Positions 37,940 through 47,330 of a DNA stretch of 64,000 nt are shown here, one piece after another. Location: the IMG/VR virus record IMGVR_UViG_3300022885_000010; one strand, written 5' to 3'. The first letter of the stretch is position 1. Each line of letters starts with the position of its first letter. A program made the position numbers and the translations under genes. This stretch comes from a virus. A model generated the notes under the pieces. It was not told the DNA's origin and searched no databases. It worked only from the letters and a program-made list of their open reading frames with translations.

Positions 37940-38812
37940 ATGTATTTGAAATTAGATGATACATGTAATGAAGTTAAGATTCTACAGGAACTTCTAAATA
38001 AAGCTATACAGTCGAAATTAACGACTGATGGTATATTTGGTAAAGGAACTAAAGAGGCAGTTGAAAACTTCCAACGAATACACAAATTAAAAGTTGATGG
38101 TATCGTAGGTCAAAACACCTATTCTGAATTATTAACTTCTCAAACGGATAAACACGAACTATATGAATCACAGGGTGATTGTGATATAGTTGGTTCTCCA
38201 AGAGAACATATAAATAAAGATAGTAAGTATATATGGCTATTAGATGCTGGTCACGGTGGAATGGTTAATGGTAAATACGTTACACCAGGAAAAAGAAGTC
38301 CAAAGATACCACCAGGTGTATATGAAGGTGTTGTTAATAGAAAAATAGTTGGTTATTTACAAGAATTACTAATTGATAATGATATTGATTGTGTTGTTAT
38401 AGTTCCAGAAGAAGAAGATGTTACTTTAGGTGAGAGAGTTAGGCGAGCTAATAAAATACATAAAGAAACTGGTAGAGCAAGATACATCTCTGTACATTGT
38501 AATGCTGCTGGTGATGGTGTATCTTGGAATATGGCTAATGGTATGGATACATTTTATGATGCTACATCATCTAAATCAAGGGATATGGCTGAAACTATCC
38601 AAGATAGACTAATTGAATTTACTGGTAGACGTGATAGAGGTAGTAAAGTAGCTAACTTCTATGTATTACGAAGTACAATTATGCCTGCTATATTATGTGA
38701 ATGTGGATTTATGACTAATTATGAAGAAGCATTGTTATTAGGTAGTGTAGAATTTCAGAAGTTGATAGCACATTCTATTATGGAAGGTATTTTAGATATT
38801 GAGAATGAGTAA
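37940..38812 (+). CDS. Endolysin: peptidoglycan-binding domain plus N-acetylmuramoyl-L-alanine amidase (Amidase_3)
   Basis: DGIFGKGT..FQR..LKVDGIVG; LDAGHGG, SVHCNA, LCECGFMTN. Confidence 0.92.
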   Translation: MYLKLDDTCNEVKILQELLNKAIQSKLTTDGIFGKGTKEAVENFQRIHKLKVDGIVGQNTYSELLTSQTDKHELYESQGDCDIVGSPREHINKDSKYIWLLDAGHGGMVNGKYVTPGKRSPKIPPGVYEGVVNRKIVGYLQELLIDNDIDCVVIVPEEEDVTLGERVRRANKIHKETGRARYISVHCNAAGDGVSWNMANGMDTFYDATSSKSRDMAETIQDRLIEFTGRRDRGSKVANFYVLRSTIMPAILCECGFMTNYEEALLLGSVEFQKLIAHSIMEGILDIENE

Positions 38813-38817
38813 TTGAA

Positions 38818-39072
38818 ATGGATTTAGTTAGAGAATATGATTGGTTGGACATGTGGACTGAACTTCGTGTTGGGGATGGAGAAGCATATATAGATTATGA
38901 TATAGCACATCCAATGTTATGTAGTATCCCTCATATAGAGTTTATTAGGAGTATCAGTCGTAATACTGGATGTAATATCATATATTGGTATATGATAGAA
39001 TATAGTTGTAATATAGAGTTAGAAATATACAGTTTATATTCTGAATATATAAAATGGAAATTGATTCAATGA
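38818..39072 (+). CDS. WKL-tail family small protein
   Basis: YSEYIKWKLIQ*. Confidence 0.65.
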   Translation: MDLVREYDWLDMWTELRVGDGEAYIDYDIAHPMLCSIPHIEFIRSISRNTGCNIIYWYMIEYSCNIELEIYSLYSEYIKWKLIQ

Positions 39073-39266
39073 CAATAGTATTGACATTTTCATCTATATA
39101 TAAGTTTAGAATTAAACAACATATGGAAATTCATAAAAAGTTTACAAGTGGTATATATATGAATATATTCCATATATATAAATATGCAAGTGATGACTCA
39201 CATGTATTTGGGTTTAACATCGAAACATTATATTCTGAATATATAAAATGGAAATTGATTCAATGA
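39069..39266 (+). CDS. WKL-tail family small protein
   Basis: YSEYIKWKLIQ*. Confidence 0.65.
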   Translation: MTIVLTFSSIYKFRIKQHMEIHKKFTSGIYMNIFHIYKYASDDSHVFGFNIETLYSEYIKWKLIQ

Positions 39267-39490
39267 CAATAGAACTTGTATCTCATCATAAAAATTTATT
39301 TAATAATTATTCATTTACATATGATCATAATATTGATAATCCTTTATTTTATAATGTATATGTAGACTTGTTAATTGAAACTGATACAGGTATCATGTAT
39401 AATATGGCTTATGGGCATAATACATTTCGTATTCGTATTAATCCGATAAATGTATATTCTAAATATATAATATGGAAATTGATTCAATAA
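39263..39490 (+). CDS. WKL-tail family small protein
   Basis: YSKYIIWKLIQ*. Confidence 0.65.
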   Translation: MTIELVSHHKNLFNNYSFTYDHNIDNPLFYNVYVDLLIETDTGIMYNMAYGHNTFRIRINPINVYSKYIIWKLIQ

Positions 39491-39491
39491 C

Positions 39492-39532
39492 AAAATAAAA
39501 TTTGTTTATATGGATTTAATTTCGTAAGTTTG
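39492..39532 (+). promoter_or_regulatory. Bacteroidota-type promoter copy 13
   Basis: AAAATAAAA-TTTG-N20-TAAGTTTG. Confidence 0.85.
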
Positions 39533-39618
39533 TAATTATAAAAAAGAGATTTTGTACAATATAACGTACAAAACTAAATTTAAAAATTTTTAATTAATAT
39601 TTATTAAAGGAGCTTGAT

Positions 39619-39867
39619 ATGGCTATTGATATATCAGAATATGACATCGATAGATTCACAGAAGAACAGAAGCATGTATATTTCTCTATGTTAGATGAGA
39701 TTATAACAAGTAATAAAATCGTAAATCCAATAAGTGGTGAATTTATTGATGATGAAGGTAACACTTATACAGCCGATGATTGGGATGATGCTAAATGTGT
39801 TGAAATATTCAAGCAAGCACACGAGAAATGGGTGAATGGTGTTGATTTTGAATCTTATAGAAAGTAG
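39619..39867 (+). CDS. hypothetical protein
   Basis: ORF track; AAGGAG upstream. Confidence 0.65.
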   Translation: MAIDISEYDIDRFTEEQKHVYFSMLDEIITSNKIVNPISGEFIDDEGNTYTADDWDDAKCVEIFKQAHEKWVNGVDFESYRK

Positions 39868-39876
39868 GAACTTTAT

Positions 39877-40059
39877 ATACCTCTATATGAATATAAATGT
39901 GATAAATGTTGTAAAGTTGAAACCATATTAGAAAAATCTAAACAAATAGATGGGTTTGAATGTGAATGTAAAGATGGTGTTATGTTACCAGTTATATCAC
40001 GTATATCATCTCCAAATTTTAAAGGTAATTGATTTTACGGAACAGATTATAAAAAATAG
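39877..40059 (+). pseudogene. FmdB-family zinc-ribbon gene with ATA start and internal TGA
   Basis: IPLYEYKCDKC..CEC..FKGN*FYGTDYKK*; family pattern MPxYEYxC..FKGxGFYxTDY. Confidence 0.65.
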
Positions 40060-40070
40060 AGGGTTGGGTA

Positions 40071-40436
40071 TTGGATTTATCCAAAATAGAGATTGATATT
40101 CTCAATCTTAGAACGGAAGGATATGTATTATGTCATAATGATATAAAACGTGATATAAACAGTATATGCACTCAATACAGGACAGAACATCAATATGTGA
40201 TATTATCTTCTACATTGTATAATAAGATGTGGCAGAACGACATTAAAATGGTTTATTTTAAATCTGATGAAGAAGGTCACGCTAAGATAATTGATATTAT
40301 TTATAGTATTTATGTAAAGAATACTATTGGTAAGAAAGAAAGTATAGAATTCTTATTTAATTATGATAAGGATCATCGGAAAAATAGAGATTTGGTTAGG
40401 ATATTAAACAAGCAAGGGTGGTATTATTCGCATTAA
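40071..40436 (+). CDS. hypothetical protein
   Basis: ORF track (TTG start). Confidence 0.55.
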   Translation: MDLSKIEIDILNLRTEGYVLCHNDIKRDINSICTQYRTEHQYVILSSTLYNKMWQNDIKMVYFKSDEEGHAKIIDIIYSIYVKNTIGKKESIEFLFNYDKDHRKNRDLVRILNKQGWYYSH

Positions 40437-40569
40437 CAAAGATATATATCTTGTATTTGTTTTAGATGGTAAATCAATATCATTAATCAGACATAATATA
40501 GTAGATGAAAATATCATTATTGATGACATTAAGGATTTTATAATTCATATAAAGAATAATAAGATACCA

Positions 40570-40839
40570 ATGGACTTGTATAGTATAGCTAATAGATTTG
40601 TTTTATATAGTTTCTTTGATGATATTTCATCTAATAGGAATTATACTGATTCAGTTGGGTATATGGCTTTAATAGATAATTCTATGAAATATAGTAGTAA
40701 ATACTCATTATATTCAGGTAAATATAATAGATATATATCTGGAGTTGTAGAATTAAATCTAAATACATTAACATTAAACATTATAAATTATGGATTTAAA
40801 ACTTATTTTAAAAACGATTATATTAGGAACAGACAGTGA
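40570..40839 (+). CDS. hypothetical protein
   Basis: ORF track. Confidence 0.55.
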   Translation: MDLYSIANRFVLYSFFDDISSNRNYTDSVGYMALIDNSMKYSSKYSLYSGKYNRYISGVVELNLNTLTLNIINYGFKTYFKNDYIRNRQ

Positions 40840-41078
40840 AACATAAAAAAGTTTTAAAATCTCTAATAGAAGAGTTCAGATCAGTTTATAATCTATATCA
40901 TATAGAAGTTCAATCTTATGATTATAAGAAAGACTTAAATGCTTATGCTGTGTATATACAAGAGAATAAAGGTGATGAACCATTTAAACTTTGCAATCGT
41001 TACTTTACTAATAAGGAATTACGTGAGTTTATAAACAATCTATTAGAATTTAAAGATCAAATTAGGTTAGGTAAATGA
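40836..41078 (+). CDS. hypothetical protein
   Basis: ORF track. Confidence 0.55.
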   Translation: MKHKKVLKSLIEEFRSVYNLYHIEVQSYDYKKDLNAYAVYIQENKGDEPFKLCNRYFTNKELREFINNLLEFKDQIRLGK

Positions 41079-41554
41079 TAGAAGAAGACCAAATTAGATT
41101 TGCTATGTCTAATACTATGAGTAATAAAGAGGCTGCAAGATTTCTTAGAGTTTCGTTTAATACTTATAAGAAGTATTCTAAAGCGTATATTGATTCCGAA
41201 ACAGGAGTTAGTTTATTCGAGTTGCATTTTAATCACGGAGAGAATAAATATAAATCTGTAGAATATACATCATATAAGTCTATGCCATTAGAGTCTATAT
41301 TAACATCCGACGGTAGAAAAAGTCCTATTGATGATTGGAAGTTAAGAGATTTATTAATTGAAAATCAATATAAGATTGATAGATGTGAATTATGTGATTT
41401 TGATGAGCAACGTATAACGGATGGTAAAGTGCCATTAATTTTAACTTATATAGATAACGATAATAACAATAGAGATATATTTAATTTACAATTTGTATGT
41501 CCTAATTGCTATTGTTTGACTGTAGGTGACATAATAGGAACTAACAAGATATGA
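41075..41554 (+). CDS. HNH-like zinc-binding protein lacking the usual His residues
   Basis: RCELC..PLILTYID..NLQFVCPNCY. Confidence 0.6.
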   Translation: MIEEDQIRFAMSNTMSNKEAARFLRVSFNTYKKYSKAYIDSETGVSLFELHFNHGENKYKSVEYTSYKSMPLESILTSDGRKSPIDDWKLRDLLIENQYKIDRCELCDFDEQRITDGKVPLILTYIDNDNNNRDIFNLQFVCPNCYCLTVGDIIGTNKI

Positions 41555-41778
41555 AATCTAAACCAAGTGAATTCGACTTTAGAGATAAAATAATATTACT
41601 GGAATTTGTAACATCTATAACTCAAATGAAGGGTATGAATATAGATCCACTAATATTAGAATCAGCTAATAAGTTAAAACAAGATGCAATTAACGATGTA
41701 AGTGGCAGTGAAGTTAAATTTTTAAGATTGAGGGATGATATACTACAACAAGTCAATAGTAGTTATCATGTGAATTAA
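41551..41778 (+). CDS. hypothetical protein
   Basis: ORF track. Confidence 0.55.
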   Translation: MKSKPSEFDFRDKIILLEFVTSITQMKGMNIDPLILESANKLKQDAINDVSGSEVKFLRLRDDILQQVNSSYHVN

Positions 41779-42164
41779 ATGACAAATAACGATAAATTAG
41801 ACAATAGAAAAGTTAAATTTGAAGAAGATTTAGTTTCTTTAATAGAAAAGTATCAATATGATATTTTAGAAGAATGTAATTTAACGATTGATATTACTAT
41901 CAATACACAGATGGATCATAGTGGATTATATGAATATCTTATAGATTTTAAGATATAAACGAATAACAAGGTATATTTATGTATAATAAAGAAGTTAAAA
42001 TTAAATCCAAAAAACACTCTGATATAGAGTATTTAGTATTAACTGGGTTTTTTAATAAGTTGGTTTATGATAATAAAGGTTATTATTATGGTAGTTATAT
42101 CATAGATAAAGATAATCAAGAGATATTATCAGAGTGCGATTCGATAAAGGAGTTATAATTAGAT

Positions 42165-42362
42165 ATGATTACATTTCAATATAATGTTATGGACAAATCA
42201 AAACATACATTACAAATATTAGAAAAAGACGATAGTGGTAGTTACGAAGCTATTATAGATGGTAAACATTGTATGATAGATAATGGGTTTCTACATAGTA
42301 TAATCGTTATCAAGAATGAAGGTGATGATGGACAAGCAACTAAATCTATGATATTAGGATGA
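42165..42362 (+). CDS. hypothetical protein
   Basis: ORF track. Confidence 0.5.
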   Translation: MITFQYNVMDKSKHTLQILEKDDSGSYEAIIDGKHCMIDNGFLHSIIVIKNEGDDGQATKSMILG

Positions 42363-42676
42363 TAGTAATTTCCGTAGTTGATATAGAACGTAGAATATTC
42401 AGAGTTTATACTAAGAAGTATGAATATAAAGAATATCCATTTAATAGTGATTGTGATATTACTAATAGTAAATTGGTACGTAGATATATACTTCATAAAA
42501 TAAATGATATTAGTAAGAATAAAAATAAATACGATATGTATGTTATAATCACTAATACTGATACTATAGATAAATTTAATGATACTTATACTGTAAATAA
42601 CATCTTAACTGATAAAGTTAATATTCTATTTACTTTTAGAAATTTTAAAACTAATAAACATTTGATAGTGAGTTAA
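42359..42676 (+). CDS. hypothetical protein
   Basis: ORF track. Confidence 0.55.
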   Translation: MIVISVVDIERRIFRVYTKKYEYKEYPFNSDCDITNSKLVRRYILHKINDISKNKNKYDMYVIITNTDTIDKFNDTYTVNNILTDKVNILFTFRNFKTNKHLIVS

Positions 42677-42679
42677 TAT

Positions 42680-42904
42680 ATGCTAATATTATTTATGTGG
42701 ATATACATATTACCATCCTTATTCTGTTACGCTGTGTATATTATAGCTGATCCAGAAAGTGATGCTACAACAGAAGACGAATATGATGTTACTGATCTAG
42801 CGATAGTAACTTATTTTATACCTCTTCTAAACATAGTAATTATGTCATTGATTGTATATGGTATGGTAACTGCTAATTACGATTCGGATGGAGGTGATGA
42901 ATAA
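42680..42904 (+). CDS. Small two-TM membrane protein
   Basis: Two hydrophobic segments, IPLLNI. Confidence 0.6.
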   Translation: MLILFMWIYILPSLFCYAVYIIADPESDATTEDEYDVTDLAIVTYFIPLLNIVIMSLIVYGMVTANYDSDGGDE

Positions 42905-43142
42905 TGAAAATGAACTATATTTCTATGAAGTTATATATAATACGCTATCTAATGAACGTGTGTATATACACAAGCCAAGCTCATTTGTAGAATACAAAGA
43001 CTTAACATATAAACTAATATATTGTAAAGGTTGTATCTCATTATTAATCACATCAGAACTTGATGTGTTTTCATTTGGTATTCAATTTGTGAGATATACT
43101 GATATTTTCACAGAGTATATAAAGTGGAAATTGAGTAATTGA
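42897..43142 (+). CDS. WKL-tail family small protein
   Basis: FTEYIKWKLSN*. Confidence 0.65.
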   Translation: MNNENELYFYEVIYNTLSNERVYIHKPSSFVEYKDLTYKLIYCKGCISLLITSELDVFSFGIQFVRYTDIFTEYIKWKLSN

Positions 43143-43193
43143 TTTATATTTATATCTGAATTATATTTTTTGCTTTAAATTAGAGAATCAACA

Positions 43194-46100
43194 ATGAATT
43201 TATATAAATCAGGTTATATACAATACTCATCTTCATTATCACAATCAGTTTTTAATGCTTCTTCTTCGTTATCCTATTCTAAGACTTATTCCGAAACAGC
43301 ACTATTTAATACTGCGTTAAACTACGATGGTACGACTTATACTGCTATAACAGGGATTTTGTCATTTGACACTAAAAATACGTCTGAACGTGATGTATTA
43401 AGCCCTACGGTTAGTTATAATATAACTGGTTCAACTGTAAACTTCCGAAGTAAAACTCTACCTGATGGAGTTACAAATTCAATAAAATTAATATCTTATA
43501 ATGGAAATCTAAGTAGCGATTCAGCTTATAGTATTATTAGTACGTCTAATAGTGGTGTTGTAGTTGGTGAAATAACTTTAGATGATTATTATAATTACAC
43601 GACTGGTAGTGATAATTACCAATCAGGTTCATTACAAGATTCTGGTTCTTTTACTTTAACATTAAGCTCATCAGCTATTAATAGATATGGTTATACTAAT
43701 TTAATTGCTTATACAGATCATTTATATCAACAGGTAGATATAAATGATAAAGAAGACCGAATAGATTATATCAATACATCAATATTATCCGATCCATCTA
43801 CATTCTCAGCATTTAATCGAGTTGATATAAGCTCAAATGGAACTTATATAGCGTCAGCTGATGTAAAAGTTTTGGTATTTAAGGCAACAGGTGAAGGTAG
43901 TGATAGAACATACACAAAGCTAAGTTCTCCATCCACATTTCCAAATGTAAACACAGTTAGACATACCAAATTCTCACCAAATGTGAATTATTTATGTGTT
44001 AGTGTTGATGGAAATCTAACTGGTGCCAATATAAATAAGGCATTTATGTATTATCGAAGTGGAGATTCATTTATAAAATTAAATTCACCAGTATCAAATA
44101 ATTTTAATTATGACGTAAGGTATTGCGTATGGTCACATGATGAAAATTATTTAGCTAGATTAAATGACAGTGGTGCTGATGGTAATATTCAATTTTACTA
44201 CAAATCAGGTACAGGTTCAGGAACTACATTCACCAGATTGACATTCCCCACTACATTACCTGGTGGAAGACCTGTATTGGGTGAATTTATAGATGGTTCC
44301 AATTACTTTGTAATGTCTACAGATACTAATTTAGTAACATACTCAGCTAGTGATAGTGGGGTTAATAGAACATATACTTTATTAGGTAGTCCAAGTACAA
44401 AACCAAGCACAACATCAGCATATAATGGTATATCTAAGACTACAGATGAAAACTATATTGCTATAACATCAGCTACAACACCATATTTATTTATATATAA
44501 ACATAATGGGGATGGAACATTAACTAAACTAAATAACCCAAGTAGCACGGTAACTGTTTCGAACACATTTGCGTTTTTACATAATACAAATACATTAGTA
44601 CGAAAACTAAGTTCCAAGTTACAAGTTTTTAATATAATAGATGATGTCGTTCAGGATCCACTTATATATGATTTGGGTCTTGTAAATGCAATCAATTATG
44701 CTATGGCAATTGATTCATCATCAACATATGGTGTTATCGGTGGTGGTGGAGTAATCACAACTTCAAGTGCATGGGAATTAATATATTTACCGCATATAAC
44801 TAACAATTTCACTCAAACAATAATATCACATTCAGATATAAATTCATTAAGTTTAAATCCATCTGCGTTACCACAACACACATTTAAGAAGTTAATAGAA
44901 CCTGATTATAAAGGAACTATTCAATTTACATCTTCTTTATCGGAATCGGTTTATAACGCATCTGGTTCATCTTATTATAGTCGTAGTTATGATATATTTG
45001 AGAGTGGTATGGAAATATCACAATCTAAATATATTAATAGAACTGGATTTGTTTCTTTTGATGTTCCCCAATACAAAACTGGTAATTCTACTGTTACAGC
45101 GTCATTAAACTTTACATTTAATGATAATGCAAGTGTATTTAGATCTAATGTATTACCTACTGACGTAGAGAATAAATTATATATTACTTCTTATACTGGT
45201 AGTATAACTGGTGATGCCGAATATAGTATTATTAGTTCTTCTTATCAACTCCCTACGGAGAGTATAATAGGAACTATCGATTTAGATAATTACTTTGCTT
45301 ATACAACACAATCAGGTGTTAATATAGTTAGTTCTTCTAAATTGGGTAATTATACAGCGTCTATAGTTATACCATCGGAATCTATCCAATATGGAGAAAC
45401 TAATAATTATTTGGTTTATAGTGATTTCTTTAAGAAGAAAGAAGACTTTGTAAATCAGGTTGAGGGGTATAATCCAATAAACATGGCAATTTCAACTGGA
45501 TATATTAATTATAATGAAAGTACATATCCACTTGGAGTTTCATCTGTGAATGATTATTTTGCATTGCAATTTGCAGCCACACCATACATGTATATATATA
45601 GAAATAATTATAATAATACATTTACTCGCATGAATAATCCATCGTCAGTACCAGCACTTACGAGTGGCAATAATAGAGGTATTGATATTAGTTCGGATGG
45701 TACGTATATAGTAACAAAGGATGATACTACTTCAAAATTTAGTGTTTTCAAGCGAAATGTGAATACAATTACTAGATTAGCAAATCCAGATACATTACCA
45801 CCACAAGCATCGAAAGGAATATCAATAACTAGTGATGCTGAATATATAGCTGTTAATGCAACAAATACATCACCGTATTTTTATATATATAATATGAATA
45901 GTGATGTGATGACTAAATTAAATGATGCAAATATAGACCAGTTTCCAAATGGGTATGTACTCAATCTTAAATTTAGTTTGGATGGTAATTTTTTGGCTGT
46001 ACAACACAGAACTTCACCATATCTATCAATATATTCTGGTAGTGGTGATGGGTTGAGTCGTACATTTACTAAGTTGGATGACCCAAATACATTATATGTA

Positions 46101-46649
46101 CAATTTGACCATAATCGATTATCACTTGATTTTAGTAATGATGGTTCACGGCTATTATTAGGATTTCAAACTTTATATTATGATAATATATTGAATAAAT
46201 ATAACAATCTTGTATATAATAACACTATGTATGGACATAACCAAGCAACTATATCTGGTGATGGAAATTTTGTTTGTACATATGGTGGAACTGCTGGTGT
46301 ATACCCTATAAGTTATGATATAGATGCCAATACAAATTCATATGTTAGGATTGATGACCCATCAACTATACTTGGTAGTGATGTAAGTTACATGGCTTTA
46401 CCACCAAATGACAAATATTTGGTTGTTACTCGTGTATCATCACCATATGCACAACTTTATGATTTAACCAATATGACATCAAATAAAACATCATTACGTC
46501 TTAATCCAGACATCAAATTAGAATTAGACGTGAATTACCCATTAGGTAAAATTGGTAGTGTGGGTGAAACTCCTATGTCAAATACAAAAAGAGTAAATAA
46601 CAAACAAATAAATGACATAGATAATATAAGTGGAATAGACAAAACATAG
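43194..46649 (+). CDS. 1151-aa internally duplicated beta-propeller protein, probably virion-associated
   Basis: Ser/Thr-rich; blade repeats (F/Y)TKLxxP and DISSDGTY; two homologous halves starting YKSGYIQYSSSLSQSV and YKGTIQFTSSLSESV. Confidence 0.7.
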   Translation: MNLYKSGYIQYSSSLSQSVFNASSSLSYSKTYSETALFNTALNYDGTTYTAITGILSFDTKNTSERDVLSPTVSYNITGSTVNFRSKTLPDGVTNSIKLISYNGNLSSDSAYSIISTSNSGVVVGEITLDDYYNYTTGSDNYQSGSLQDSGSFTLTLSSSAINRYGYTNLIAYTDHLYQQVDINDKEDRIDYINTSILSDPSTFSAFNRVDISSNGTYIASADVKVLVFKATGEGSDRTYTKLSSPSTFPNVNTVRHTKFSPNVNYLCVSVDGNLTGANINKAFMYYRSGDSFIKLNSPVSNNFNYDVRYCVWSHDENYLARLNDSGADGNIQFYYKSGTGSGTTFTRLTFPTTLPGGRPVLGEFIDGSNYFVMSTDTNLVTYSASDSGVNRTYTLLGSPSTKPSTTSAYNGISKTTDENYIAITSATTPYLFIYKHNGDGTLTKLNNPSSTVTVSNTFAFLHNTNTLVRKLSSKLQVFNIIDDVVQDPLIYDLGLVNAINYAMAIDSSSTYGVIGGGGVITTSSAWELIYLPHITNNFTQTIISHSDINSLSLNPSALPQHTFKKLIEPDYKGTIQFTSSLSESVYNASGSSYYSRSYDIFESGMEISQSKYINRTGFVSFDVPQYKTGNSTVTASLNFTFNDNASVFRSNVLPTDVENKLYITSYTGSITGDAEYSIISSSYQLPTESIIGTIDLDNYFAYTTQSGVNIVSSSKLGNYTASIVIPSESIQYGETNNYLVYSDFFKKKEDFVNQVEGYNPINMAISTGYINYNESTYPLGVSSVNDYFALQFAATPYMYIYRNNYNNTFTRMNNPSSVPALTSGNNRGIDISSDGTYIVTKDDTTSKFSVFKRNVNTITRLANPDTLPPQASKGISITSDAEYIAVNATNTSPYFYIYNMNSDVMTKLNDANIDQFPNGYVLNLKFSLDGNFLAVQHRTSPYLSIYSGSGDGLSRTFTKLDDPNTLYVQFDHNRLSLDFSNDGSRLLLGFQTLYYDNILNKYNNLVYNNTMYGHNQATISGDGNFVCTYGGTAGVYPISYDIDANTNSYVRIDDPSTILGSDVSYMALPPNDKYLVVTRVSSPYAQLYDLTNMTSNKTSLRLNPDIKLELDVNYPLGKIGSVGETPMSNTKRVNNKQINDIDNISGIDKT

Positions 46650-46840
46650 TGTTTGATAATACATATATAATAACACTACTATTATTAGAAAATCATGATT
46701 TTGATTCTATGCTATACTATATGACTTTGGGTGATATAGTGCCTGAATGGAAAATGGAATTTGTCGCTGATATATACAAAGAGTATATTTGTTGGAAACT
46801 TATGACGGTGGACTATGATTGCAAAGATACTTCACATTAG
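46649..46840 (+). CDS. WKL-tail family small protein
   Basis: YKEYICWKLM. Confidence 0.6.
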   Translation: MFDNTYIITLLLLENHDFDSMLYYMTLGDIVPEWKMEFVADIYKEYICWKLMTVDYDCKDTSH

Positions 46841-46974
46841 CAATTGATGATAACTATACAATATTGTATATGCATAATCGTGTTATATTTCACGATATTG
46901 ATTTTGTAAATCATATCTTTTATTATGAAAATATTTTAGTAGAGTATATAAAGTGGAAATTAACAGAGATTTAA
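46819..46974 (+). CDS. WKL-tail family small protein (51 aa, TTG start)
   Basis: Hand translation ending LVEYIKWKLTEI*. Confidence 0.55.
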   Translation: MQRYFTLAIDDNYTILYMHNRVIFHDIDFVNHIFYYENILVEYIKWKLTEI

Positions 46975-46982
46975 TTAATTCA

Positions 46983-47255
46983 ATGACAAATGTCGAATGT
47001 GATACTGAGTTTTCAATTGATAATTTCATATTTGATTTGATTGAGGGTATCACGTACGAAACTATGGAAGAATATGATATGAATATATCAATTAAATTCA
47101 TAAATGAATATATAGGGTATCATTTAGAATTATATACTATGATTAATGATGAAAATGACAATGTGAATAACTATACTAAATATATAAATCGACATCTAAC
47201 CAATACATCAAAGCCAATCTTTAAATCATACATATTCTGGAAACTGACCAACTAA
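46983..47255 (+). CDS. WKL-tail family small protein
   Basis: FKSYIFWKLTN*. Confidence 0.6.
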   Translation: MTNVECDTEFSIDNFIFDLIEGITYETMEEYDMNISIKFINEYIGYHLELYTMINDENDNVNNYTKYINRHLTNTSKPIFKSYIFWKLTN

Positions 47256-47296
47256 AAAATAATATTTGTATTTGTCAATTTAATTTCGTAAGTTTG
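47256..47296 (+). promoter_or_regulatory. Bacteroidota-type promoter copy 14
   Basis: AAAATAATA-TTTG-N20-TAAGTTTG. Confidence 0.85.
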
Positions 47297-47330
47297 TAAT
47301 TATATTTTAAATGAAATACGAGAAGTTAAA

